Shown here: piece after piece, positions 1 through 9,247 of the stretch
Layout of the letters: each line of letters opens with the position of its first letter
Position numbering within the stretch: position 1 is the stretch's first letter
Sequence record: SRR2962707_691
DNA length: 36,446 nucleotides
Strand: one strand, 5' to 3'
Translations under genes and position numbers: made by a program
The notes under the pieces: generated by a model
Databases searched by the model: none
What the model was told of the DNA's origin: nothing
Seen by the model: only the letters and a program-made list of their open reading frames with translations

Positions 1-55
1 CTTATCCCCGGTTCCGGGTCCGCCCCTGCCTTCCGAAAATCATCGGCCTACGGAT

Positions 56-99
56 GGAATCCGATTTGTGACGGTATGGTGACAGTTCGGTGACAGTCG
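56..99 (-). promoter_or_regulatory. Triple Pho-box-like direct repeat (PhoB/OmpR-family site)
   Basis: Minus strand reads CTGTCACcgaa-CTGTCACcata-CCGTCACaaat: three units with 11-bp period matching the CTGTCA(T/C) Pho box. A near-identical array occurs at 34539-34582. Confidence 0.65.
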
Positions 100-220
100 G
101 TAGGGACATATCCCCGGTGGCCGGATTGCGCCCCTGTTTTGGCCGGATCGTACCTCCCGGCAGGGGGCCGCTTCGGGCATACCGGAGACGGGTCGAAACA
201 TCCGCCGGAGTTCGGGAGCC

Positions 221-1057
221 ATGCCGCAAGTCTCTGCAAAACCTGAAGGATTTGAGATCGAGCCGCGCAACAGGAGCTTCGATGTCGCGGCCGTTGCGGG
301 GACCGACTGGCATGGCGGCTCGCCGGTTCGTACCGCGCTCTTCAACGCGCTCTCGCTGATGTTTCCGGTCGGCGAGCAGTATTTCATCGACACCGTGAAG
401 CGGCTGCGCGAGCGTGTCACGAATCCCGTTTTGATGAATGAAATCAATGGGTTCATGGCGCAGGAGGCGATCCACAGCCGCGAGCATCGCCGTTACAACG
501 AGGCTGTCTGCGGGCCGCTCGGCCTTTCCCTCGAGTATATCGAAGCCCCCATTCGCCGGCGCATCCGCTGGGCGCTGAAGCATCGCGCGCCGCTCGAACA
601 TCTAGCAATGACAGTGGCTTACGAGCATCTCACCGCGATCCTGTCCGATGCCATGTTCCGCAATCCCGTCACCCTCGAAGGCGCCCATCCGGAAATGGCC
701 GCGCTGTGGCACTGGCACGGTCTCGAGGAAACGGAACACAAGGCCGTCGCCTTCGATGTCTATGTCGCCGCCGGCGGCACCGTGGCACTCCGTCGCCGCG
801 CCATGCTCATCGTCACCTTCAACCTCGCGCGCGACCTCATCCGCAACATGCGGCACCTGCTGCGCGGCAGGGGGCTTTCCGGCTTCAAAATCTGGCGGGA
901 AGCCGCCGTTTTTTTGTTCGGCCGGCGGGGCGCCCTCAAGGGCATCTGGGGGCCTTACCGCGATTTCTATCGTCGCTCCTTCCACCCTTGGGATCATCCG
1001 GGCGATCTCGCCCTCGCCGTAAGGGCGGCGGAAAGCAATGGCCCTTGGTATGTTTAG
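221..1057 (+). CDS. Predicted metal-dependent hydrolase (ferritin-like fold family)
   Basis: 278 aa ORF with GGGAG RBS; motifs FPxGE, QEAIHSREH, EHLTA and WHGLEETEHKAVAFDVY. Confidence 0.85.
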   Translation: MPQVSAKPEGFEIEPRNRSFDVAAVAGTDWHGGSPVRTALFNALSLMFPVGEQYFIDTVKRLRERVTNPVLMNEINGFMAQEAIHSREHRRYNEAVCGPLGLSLEYIEAPIRRRIRWALKHRAPLEHLAMTVAYEHLTAILSDAMFRNPVTLEGAHPEMAALWHWHGLEETEHKAVAFDVYVAAGGTVALRRRAMLIVTFNLARDLIRNMRHLLRGRGLSGFKIWREAAVFLFGRRGALKGIWGPYRDFYRRSFHPWDHPGDLALAVRAAESNGPWYV

Positions 1058-1113
1058 CCCTCAGTCGGGGTGGGGTGTTTGTTGTTCGGCTCGTCCAAAC
1101 TCGAAGAAAGGTC

Positions 1114-1332
1114 CTAAGCATTTTCGTAGGCACGCGGCGCTTTGAAGCCGTTGCAATACTCCCGGAACCAGTCAAGCGATGAGCGAATGTCGTCTTCGTA
1201 CTTGGCTCGTTCGCTTTCACTTTTGCCGCAACCATCCACTTTGAGCTTTTCCGCCATATAGACGTCAGTCAGCTCTTGCATGGTCATCTCTGAGGAAGGC
1301 GATAGCTCAATTGTAGCCGTTGCGGCTGGCAT
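1114..1332 (-). pseudogene. Remnant of integrase-like (tyrosine recombinase core-binding domain-like) gene, left copy
   Basis: Translates TMQELTDVYMAEKLKVDGCGKSESERAKYEDDIRSSLDWFREYCNGFKAPRAY. By hand alignment 1126-1248 matches 19690-19808 at about 90 of 123 nt. The integrase assignment is inference. Confidence 0.5.
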
Positions 1333-1749
1333 CGGTGTGCTGTGAACCGGGGTGCCCGGCGCGCGAAGGAGGGGGCCGGCCGGTTCGCCTAACTATTTGA
1401 ATTTTCTAAGATATTGAGGAAGAAGGCGCTTTTCGCTGTACCGGAGCGGTTCTGGGCTCCGATGCTGCTCTCGATCTTGGAGCAGCATATCGGTGGTCAG
1501 AGCGAAATGGGCAAAAAGCTTCTGCCAAGCCTTCAACAGTGCCGACGCACACCATCACCTCAGCTGCGGAAGGCGCATGAATACTGCGAAACTCGATGAA
1601 GACTCCTCCGAGGGAGGTGGATTTTTTTGCGAAAAGTTTGGAGGACGAGCTTGCCAATCTCAGTGCGTTGTCGACCCTGTTGATGGGGTGAACGCCTTCG
1701 GATCTCGAGTTCACTTTGTTTCTTTGTGTAAATTTCGGGGAAACCTGAT

Positions 1750-2538
1750 CTAGGTCGCTGTAAAAACTCCTGCGCGGCGTTCGCTGACGGCTCTTAGTCC
1801 TTCGGTAAAATCGGTTGTCTTGCGTAGCCATTCCTGCTCGCCGTATTCAATATCTGTCTGCGCCTTCACCGCTTCGGCCAGACCTTCGCGGAAGGTCGCG
1901 CGGGTGGATTGAACCGCGAGCGGAGCGTTTTCTGCAATCTCCGAAGCAAGTCCCAATGCGGTTGCTCTCAATTCCTCAGACGGAACCACGTCATCGATAA
2001 GGCCCCAGGCGAGCGCTTCTTCGGCTTTGATACGCCGGCCGGTGAGTGTAAGGAGCGCTGCACGCCGCTCGCCGATCAGGCGGGGCAAGGTGTGGGTAAT
2101 GCCGAAGCCTGGATGGAAGCCAAGTTTTACAAAGTTGGCAGCAAAGCGTACGTCTGGCGATGCAATGCGGAAATCGGCCACGAGGGCCAAGCCGAGCCCT
2201 GCTCCGACAACGGCGCCCTGGATAGCCATGACGATCGGCTTCTTGTTGGAAAACAGCCGCACGGCATGTGCATAAAGAGGGTTCCCTCCGTCTACAGTGC
2301 TTTCGGGTGCCAATACATTCTCATTTTCCAGATCAGCTCCTGCGCAGAAATTCTTTCCGGCGGTTTGCAACACCACGGCTCGAATTTCTGTTATCTGATC
2401 CAGATGCGCAAACGCGTCAGCCAGGTCGCGTACAAGAGGGACGTTTACGTGATTGTGCGGTGGCCGATCAATCTCCAACACCGCTACATGTCCGTGAACG
2501 CTCAGAGATATATCGCCATATCTGTCATGAACCATCAT
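1750..2538 (-). CDS. Enoyl-CoA hydratase/isomerase (crotonase) family protein
   Basis: NFCAGADL and KPIVMAIQGAVVGAG motifs. Start placed at the ATG at 2538 (GGAGG RBS, ATGA overlap with the upstream ACAD stop). Confidence 0.9.
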   Translation of the reverse strand: MMVHDRYGDISLSVHGHVAVLEIDRPPHNHVNVPLVRDLADAFAHLDQITEIRAVVLQTAGKNFCAGADLENENVLAPESTVDGGNPLYAHAVRLFSNKKPIVMAIQGAVVGAGLGLALVADFRIASPDVRFAANFVKLGFHPGFGITHTLPRLIGERRAALLTLTGRRIKAEEALAWGLIDDVVPSEELRATALGLASEIAENAPLAVQSTRATFREGLAEAVKAQTDIEYGEQEWLRKTTDFTEGLRAVSERRAGVFTAT

Positions 2539-3701
2539 CGACCTCCTCCCAGGAACCGGCGGGCCACCACCCATTTGTGAACCTCTGTCGGACCGTCGTA
2601 GATCCTCATGGTTCGCAACTTTGCAGCCATCAGATGTAAGGGCAGTTCTTTGGTTACTCCCATGGCGCCGAACGTCTGTATGGCGTGATCGACCACACGC
2701 CAGGCCATCTCTGTGGTGTAAGCCTTGATCATCGATATTTCCATTCTTACGTCGCGGCCGGCATCGAGCTTCCAGGCACAGTCATATGTCATCAGCCGTG
2801 CAGCATGAATTTGCGTGGCTGCGTCTGTGACCCACCACTGAATCGCCTGACGTTCAGAGAGCGGTAACCCAAAAGTTTTCCGCTGTGGGGCGTACTCAAC
2901 AATCATATCGAGCGCGCGTTGCGCCATCCCTATCGACCAAGACGCCATTTCGATTCGTCGTGTCCCTAAACGTAGTTGCATGGGTGCAAAACCGTTGCCT
3001 TCCGCCCCCAACAACTTCCAGGACGGCACACGGCAGTCATCCAACGCAATCTCGTAAGTTGCTCCACCGCCGATCATCGGGATCTTGCGGATTATATTAA
3101 ATCCGGGGGTGTCGTTATCGACCAGAAAAGCGGAAATTCCACCGCGTGCCCGCTTCTGTTTGTCGGTAACCGCCATCAGTATTGTGAAGTCGGCTTCAGC
3201 AGCTCTGGTGATCCAGATTTTCCGGCCACTGATCACCCAATCGTCGCCATCGCGCACAGCTGTTGTGGACATCGCGGCGGGATCTGCGCCGGCGCCGGGT
3301 TCAGAAATGCCGATAGCGGAAATGGTTTCGCCGCGTACATAAGGCTCCAGATAGGTTTTGCGTTGGCGGTCATTTACTGTGGCCATCATCATACGCAGGT
3401 TCGGCGAGTCAGGTGGCAGTGTGTAGGGCGTAATGGTCCGGCCCAACTCCTCGTTGACGCCCACCATGGCGACGGCAGGCAGGTCGGCGCCTCCAATGTC
3501 GGCCGGAGCATCAAGCCCCCAAAGCCCCATCTCTTTTGAGACGGCATCGACCTTCTTCAGAACCGCCGGCTCTAAGCCAAGGTCTTTGCCTTCGGCTTCG
3601 CGTTTGAGGACGTCGTTCTCAAGAGGAATCAGTTGGTCATCGGCAAACCGACGCACGAGATCCTTTAGCATCTGGTGCTCTTCGACGAGTTCAAACTGCA
3701 T
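2535..3701 (-). CDS. Acyl-CoA dehydrogenase
   Basis: ISEPGAGAD, GRKIWIT, RKTFG, IQTFGAMG and RIYDGPTEVH motifs; GAGGA RBS. Confidence 0.93.
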   Translation of the reverse strand: MQFELVEEHQMLKDLVRRFADDQLIPLENDVLKREAEGKDLGLEPAVLKKVDAVSKEMGLWGLDAPADIGGADLPAVAMVGVNEELGRTITPYTLPPDSPNLRMMMATVNDRQRKTYLEPYVRGETISAIGISEPGAGADPAAMSTTAVRDGDDWVISGRKIWITRAAEADFTILMAVTDKQKRARGGISAFLVDNDTPGFNIIRKIPMIGGGATYEIALDDCRVPSWKLLGAEGNGFAPMQLRLGTRRIEMASWSIGMAQRALDMIVEYAPQRKTFGLPLSERQAIQWWVTDAATQIHAARLMTYDCAWKLDAGRDVRMEISMIKAYTTEMAWRVVDHAIQTFGAMGVTKELPLHLMAAKLRTMRIYDGPTEVHKWVVARRFLGGGR

Positions 3702-3784
3702 GCTTCCTCTTCCTCAATCACTGCTGAATGGCTGCCGGTAAATGCCGTCTCCGTGAGGGTGTGCGTGAGGCTAATGAAACATAA

Positions 3785-3813
3785 TAAATTGCAAGTCAAT
3801 GACTGTTGACTCA
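3785..3813. promoter_or_regulatory. Tandem operator T(G/A)A-N8-TCA-N-TGA-N8-TCA in divergent promoter
   Basis: TAAATTGCAAGTCA-A-TGACTGTTGACTCA; same architecture at 12879 and 16780. Confidence 0.7.
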
Positions 3814-4121
3814 TTATTCAATCGAAGGTAGCGTCCGTGTTCATAGGGGAGGACAGCGCTCTCGGGTTAACCCGAAAGAGCCGCGACGAAATAGGGAGGT
3901 TCCGCAGAAGCAAATGTTGTTCCGATACATGGAGACCTGCCGCGATGCAGTTCCACCAACTTCTCTGAACAACGATTGCGATGCGGGATAACGGGCGCGA
4001 GAAGACTTAATCCATATCTGTGATCGCTAGAAAAAGCGTGCTCACCAAAGAGCGCGAAGAGGAAGCAGCGCCACTGCCTAGGAAGAAGCGACGCGGGCGC
4101 GTAAGGGAAAATCAAGAAACA

Positions 4122-5165
4122 ATGAGAACAAAACCCGCTGCTCAGGAAAAAAAGGGACCGAAGGTCGGGTTTGTTCGACGAGTCTTATCCGTCGTCAGCA
4201 TTATCTTTCCTGTCCTCGTTATTTCCGGCCTTTTCTATGCGGCGTTCTTCGTAAAGCCCGGAGTCGACATCGTCATTGCACCAGCTCCCGTCATTGAGAA
4301 GCGTGACGTCTTCTACACGGCGATCGCTCCAGAGGACGGAGTGCTTTGGGCAGCTGGCAACCACGGCAAAATCATACGCAGCGAAGATTGGGGAGTGTCG
4401 TGGAAAGCGCAGTCGAGCAACGTAAATGTCCATCTGCAGGGCATTGCAGGATGGGATGGATCAGAATCCATCGCAGTCGGTAACAACGCCACAATCATCC
4501 GTACAAGCAACGAAGGTCAGACTTGGGAACATGTAGCGATCCCGGACGGCACGGGGGATGTGAAGCTTCTCAAAGTGCGTATCGGTAGTGCGCCGGGTGA
4601 TGCAATCGTAGCAGCTGAATTCGGTACCGTCCTCGTAACCAGAGACTACGGGCGGACTTGGAGCCTCGCTTCCACCGGCGCTGACGTCTCATGGAATGAC
4701 GCGGCGATGCTCTCGGAAGATGAATGGCTTCTTGTGGGAGAGTTCGGCCAAATTCTTCGTACGGAGGATGCTGGCCAAAATTGGGAGAAGCTGGAAAGCC
4801 CTGTTGAATCTAGTCTCAACGCCGTGTGGTTTCGCGACAAGGAAAACGGTGTCGCCGTGGGAACGGAGGGCGCAATCCTGGTCACTGCGGATGGCGGCCG
4901 AACGTGGCAGGCCACGGACCGTATAAACCATACACATATTTACGACGTGACTTGGGATGGCCGGCAGTGGATTGCCGCCGGAGACAAAGGCTTATTGTTG
5001 ACGGCGAAAGAAAGCGGCCTGCGGTGGAGCAATGTGTCCATGGCGACGAGCGCTGGTTGGCGCAGCCACGTCGCGTTCGATGGCAGGCGCTACATCCTCG
5101 CCGGCCGGGGCATCGAATTCGCCAATATCCCACATGAAACTACAAACATCGGAGCAAGGCGCTGA
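4122..5165 (+). CDS. Ycf48/BNR (Asp-box) repeat beta-propeller protein, membrane anchored
   Basis: One N-terminal TM helix; repeated GxxGxI(L/I)xS/TxDxGxxW Asp-boxes (SEDWGVSW, SNEGQTW, TRDYGRTW, TEDAGQNW, TADGGRTW). Start placed at ATG 4122. Confidence 0.88.
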   Translation: MRTKPAAQEKKGPKVGFVRRVLSVVSIIFPVLVISGLFYAAFFVKPGVDIVIAPAPVIEKRDVFYTAIAPEDGVLWAAGNHGKIIRSEDWGVSWKAQSSNVNVHLQGIAGWDGSESIAVGNNATIIRTSNEGQTWEHVAIPDGTGDVKLLKVRIGSAPGDAIVAAEFGTVLVTRDYGRTWSLASTGADVSWNDAAMLSEDEWLLVGEFGQILRTEDAGQNWEKLESPVESSLNAVWFRDKENGVAVGTEGAILVTADGGRTWQATDRINHTHIYDVTWDGRQWIAAGDKGLLLTAKESGLRWSNVSMATSAGWRSHVAFDGRRYILAGRGIEFANIPHETTNIGARR

Positions 5166-7525
5166 TGGATTCCCTTCTCAAATGGTGCATCCACTATCGC
5201 AAGAGCGTTCTCGCCTCTCTGGTGCTCATCACGCTTGTGATGCTCTTCTTCGCCCTGCGCGTTGAAGTGAAGACGGTGTTCGAGAACCTGCTGCCGATGA
5301 ATCACTCCTACGTCCAAGTAAATGACAAATTCAAGCGCGACTATGGCGGCTCGAATGTTGTCAGCATCATGGTCGAGGTTGAGGAAGGTGATATTCTCCG
5401 TCCGGCAATCCTCAAGAAAATCAAAGTGATTACCGAGCAGGCCGCCCTGATCCCCGGGGCGGATTCGTTCCAGGTGACATCGCTTGCCACGAAGAAGCTG
5501 AAATCAATTACCGCCTCGACGTTCGGTATCGAAACCAAACCCCTGATGTGGCCGGATCTTCCGGCTAATCAGAAAGAGATCGACGATCTGCGGCACAACA
5601 TCGTGAACAGCCCGCTGACCTATGGCGCTTATGTAGCGGAGGATTTCAAGTCTGCGCTCATCACGGTGGACTTCTTCGACAATCTTCTGGACTACCGAGT
5701 CTTCTTCGACCGGATCACGAAGATCATAAGAGAACACGAAGAGCCGGGCGTTGCAGTACGCGTGGTGGGCGAGCCCATGCTCTACGGCTGGGTGAGTCAC
5801 TACCTAACCGAAACCGGATTTCTCTTTCTTGGTACGATCTGCGGGCTTTTCCTTGCTTTACTGCTCATTGCGCGAACATGGCACGGCACATTCATTCCGC
5901 TGGTCTCGGCTGGCGTCAGCGCGATATGGGCGATTGGCTTTGCCGGGTTCCTTGGTCTGACGCTCGATCCGCTGGTAGTTGTGGTTGCCTTGCTGATCTC
6001 AGCTGTCGCGGTATCGAATTCGGTGCAGGTCATCCAGAAGTTTGACCGTGAACGCATGTCCGATCCCGATGAAGAAGACGGCAAGAGAGCGGCTTTCTTC
6101 ACTCTGCGGGATCTGATCCGACCGGCAAGCCTCGGTATACTCGTCGGCGGTGGTTGCATTCTCGTAGTTGCCAAAACTCCCATTCCCCTTCTGGAAATGA
6201 TCGCCATCGTGGGCGGTTTCTGGATTTTCATCCAGATAGTCTGCGCTTTCCTTCTGCCTGGCATTCTCGCGTCCTGGACGAAGGGCAATGGAAAGACAGT
6301 ACACCCTTTCAATATGCGCCCCCTTCTTCTCAGTGTGCTGGGCGTCTTCCGTTATCTCACCATTTCGAGATGGCGCTACGGCGTAATCGGTATGGCAACC
6401 GGCATTCTCTTCGTATCGGGCTACTACGCCTTCGAGCTGAAGGTGGGCGACGCCAATCCGGGATCCCCGATTCTGCATGCCGATTCAACCTTCAATCGGG
6501 ACGCCGCGCGCCTCAACACAGTCTTCCAGGGCGCAGATCGCATGTTCGTTGTAATTGACGGAAAGCGGCGCGATGCGATCAAGCAACCGGAGATGCTGGA
6601 AACCATAGAACGCTTCATGCGCTATATGGAAGCACAGCCGGAAATCGGCGGCAGCTCATCCATCGTCGACATACTGCCCAGCATCAATCGCGTGCTTCAC
6701 GAGGGCAATCCGCGCTACGAAGAGCTTGGCACGGATGCTGTCGTGAATGGTGAACTGGCATATCTTTTCATATCCGGCTCCGATCCGGGCGATCTTCAGC
6801 GCTACGTCGCGCCTGATTTTTCCGACGCATCCGTCACGCTGTTCTTCCGCGATCACCAAGGCGACACGATACGCAACGCTTTCGAGCGAATCGAGCGCTT
6901 CACCTCAGAAAACCCGCTGCCAAACGGCGGCGAATATCTCCTCGCGGGCGGATTGATCGGGGTGCTTGCGGCTGTGAACGATGTGATCCTTGCCGGGCAG
7001 ATCGAAGCAATAGCGCTAGCGCTTCTCGTCGTCATCGTGCTCGGAACGATCGTCTATCGCTCTTTTGTGGCCGGAACATTCCTGATGATACCGATCATCA
7101 TCTCGAACACTCTCACCTTCAGCTACATGGCGTATAACGGCATCGGCATGACTATCAATACGTTGCCGATCGTCGCCCTCGGCATCGGCTGTGGCATCGA
7201 CTACACAATCTTTGTGCTTGATGCGATGCGCGAACAGATGCGCAAGCATGGTGATCTGAAGCAGGCCGTTACTTACGCGTTTGAAACAGCGGGCATGGCA
7301 GTTCTCATCACGGTATTCACACTCGTTGTGAGCGTCAGCCTCTGGTCGATGTCGTCGTTACGTCTTCAATCCGAAATGGCATCTCTCATCTCGATCTGGC
7401 TTTCGATTTCAGCCTTTGCAGCCCTGATCGTGGTGCCGGCGCTCGTCTATGTGGTCAAGCCAACATTCATTGTCGGAAAGAAAGAGAAGCAAGCATCCGG
7501 AGCGGCGTTCGCCGCCGCCGAATAA
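5165..7525 (+). CDS. MMPL/RND family inner-membrane transporter
   Basis: 786 aa with two repeats of 1 TM + periplasmic domain + 5 TM; GIGCGIDY motif in the second repeat; translationally coupled (TGATG) to the upstream gene. Confidence 0.9.
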   Translation: MDSLLKWCIHYRKSVLASLVLITLVMLFFALRVEVKTVFENLLPMNHSYVQVNDKFKRDYGGSNVVSIMVEVEEGDILRPAILKKIKVITEQAALIPGADSFQVTSLATKKLKSITASTFGIETKPLMWPDLPANQKEIDDLRHNIVNSPLTYGAYVAEDFKSALITVDFFDNLLDYRVFFDRITKIIREHEEPGVAVRVVGEPMLYGWVSHYLTETGFLFLGTICGLFLALLLIARTWHGTFIPLVSAGVSAIWAIGFAGFLGLTLDPLVVVVALLISAVAVSNSVQVIQKFDRERMSDPDEEDGKRAAFFTLRDLIRPASLGILVGGGCILVVAKTPIPLLEMIAIVGGFWIFIQIVCAFLLPGILASWTKGNGKTVHPFNMRPLLLSVLGVFRYLTISRWRYGVIGMATGILFVSGYYAFELKVGDANPGSPILHADSTFNRDAARLNTVFQGADRMFVVIDGKRRDAIKQPEMLETIERFMRYMEAQPEIGGSSSIVDILPSINRVLHEGNPRYEELGTDAVVNGELAYLFISGSDPGDLQRYVAPDFSDASVTLFFRDHQGDTIRNAFERIERFTSENPLPNGGEYLLAGGLIGVLAAVNDVILAGQIEAIALALLVVIVLGTIVYRSFVAGTFLMIPIIISNTLTFSYMAYNGIGMTINTLPIVALGIGCGIDYTIFVLDAMREQMRKHGDLKQAVTYAFETAGMAVLITVFTLVVSVSLWSMSSLRLQSEMASLISIWLSISAFAALIVVPALVYVVKPTFIVGKKEKQASGAAFAAAE

Positions 7526-7604
7526 AAGTAACCGCGTGAGGAAAACATTGGAGCTGCGCCGCCTGAGTTGGTCCGGCGGCACTGGAAACGGGGAGGTATA
7601 CGGA

Positions 7605-9209
7605 ATGGTAAAACACAGGAAGAAACTTGGACGAAGCTTGATGGTGGGAGCCATGGCAGCGGCGATGTCGATGCCGATGGGAGAGGCGGCATTCGCTGAC
7701 GACTTCATCGATGATTTCCGGATTGGCGGCTATCTGCGGACATGGGCTTCCTTCAATCTCAAGGATATTCCCGATACGCCTGAGAATGACCGGGGCGACC
7801 TTTCCATGCTCCGTGCATCGCTGCTTATCGACACGAATTTCTCCACAGGCCCAATCGGCTGGAAGGCGATTTTCCGCGGTGACCGCGAATACAAGACCAA
7901 TTACGTGAAGCGCCTCGAGAGCCTAACGCGCAACAAATTTGGCGGTGCATTCGCAGGTGGTCCTGGCAGCGACGTCATGGAGCAATACGACCTGACGGAA
8001 TTGCGCGAGTTCTACGCTGATATCAATATCGGCAGCCGAACGGCACTCCGCCTCGGCAAGCAGCAGGTCGTGTGGGGGGAGACAGACTTCTTCCGCGCGA
8101 TGGACGTGGTGCATGGGTACGATATGCGCTGGCGTTCCTTTCTCGAGCCTGAAAACGAAGAGTTGAGAAAGCCGCTCATTCTCGCCAACGCTATGATCCA
8201 GGTACCAGAAGCAGACGGCGCGCTACAAATTATCGTACGACCGGGCTGGGACAGAAAGCGTGACATCGGCAACTCCTACGACATGTTCGGTGGACGGTGG
8301 ACGCCGCAATCGTTCACAGGCGCCGACTTTCTCTCCGGTGGCGCCACTATGGCGTATGATTACAACCATCCCGATGGCGACGAGAGTGACGTAACCGGCG
8401 GCTTCCGTTGGAAGGGACAAGCTGGGCCTGTGACGTACTCCCTTGCTTATCTCAAGACATTCAATCCCGATCCGATCGTCAACTCGGCATTCGCTCCCTA
8501 TAAGAAAGTGCCAAGCAATCCTTTCGGCGACTGGATCTATCCTGAAATTGATCTCATCGGCGTGACGGCGAGCGCGATGGCGCCCGCAATCGACTCCATC
8601 CTGAGCACCGAAATCGTGCTCTTCATGGACGCGCCATACAATGTCGGCCTCGATATGCCGGGAAGCAAATTCAATACCTGCGTTCCATCTTGCCCGCCCG
8701 GCACGGCAAACACCCTTCCCGGCTTCGGTGGCGTCACCAAGAAAGATACGCTGATAACGATGCTCCGCGCGGACAAACCGATCAATCTGAAGTCCATGCT
8801 CAACACCAGCAGTGACTCCTTCCTATCGGTTCAGGTCTTCGACAAGTGGATCCTCGACTACAAGAAGTCCGATGAAATCGTCGACCTTGCCGGCTACAAC
8901 GCGGCCCGAGACGAGCACTCGACCGTTATCACCGGCATCCTCGCTCTCAACTTCGCGGGCGACACAATCAATCCGACGCTTGCTGTCGGCCTAGATCCGT
9001 GGAACGCGGGCGGCTTTGTCATTCCTTCTGTCGACGTTGTGCTCGGCGACAACTGGCGTCTGCGAGTTGAAGCCGACTTGTTCTTCTCCAAGGACAAAAG
9101 GACGCCGTCGGCTGCTTCTGTGAACGGCTTGTCCGAAGGCGACACGAGGCTCTTTGGCTACTTCAATGATCGCGACCAGCTTCTGTTCCGCGTTACCAGG
9201 CAGTTCTGA
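7605..9209 (+). CDS. DUF1302-like outer-membrane beta-barrel protein
   Basis: GGGAGG RBS, signal peptide ending AAFA, motifs LREFYAD and LRLGKQQVVWGETD, C-terminal Phe (RVTRQF). Confidence 0.82.
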   Translation: MVKHRKKLGRSLMVGAMAAAMSMPMGEAAFADDFIDDFRIGGYLRTWASFNLKDIPDTPENDRGDLSMLRASLLIDTNFSTGPIGWKAIFRGDREYKTNYVKRLESLTRNKFGGAFAGGPGSDVMEQYDLTELREFYADINIGSRTALRLGKQQVVWGETDFFRAMDVVHGYDMRWRSFLEPENEELRKPLILANAMIQVPEADGALQIIVRPGWDRKRDIGNSYDMFGGRWTPQSFTGADFLSGGATMAYDYNHPDGDESDVTGGFRWKGQAGPVTYSLAYLKTFNPDPIVNSAFAPYKKVPSNPFGDWIYPEIDLIGVTASAMAPAIDSILSTEIVLFMDAPYNVGLDMPGSKFNTCVPSCPPGTANTLPGFGGVTKKDTLITMLRADKPINLKSMLNTSSDSFLSVQVFDKWILDYKKSDEIVDLAGYNAARDEHSTVITGILALNFAGDTINPTLAVGLDPWNAGGFVIPSVDVVLGDNWRLRVEADLFFSKDKRTPSAASVNGLSEGDTRLFGYFNDRDQLLFRVTRQF

Positions 9210-9247
9210 TGCTGGGTTCGGTGATCAAACTTAGGGAGGAAAAGAAA

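Noticed and set aside
1058-1400. tRNA or att site at the island boundary
   Set aside because: No cloverleaf, T-loop motif or exact direct repeat was found at either island end.
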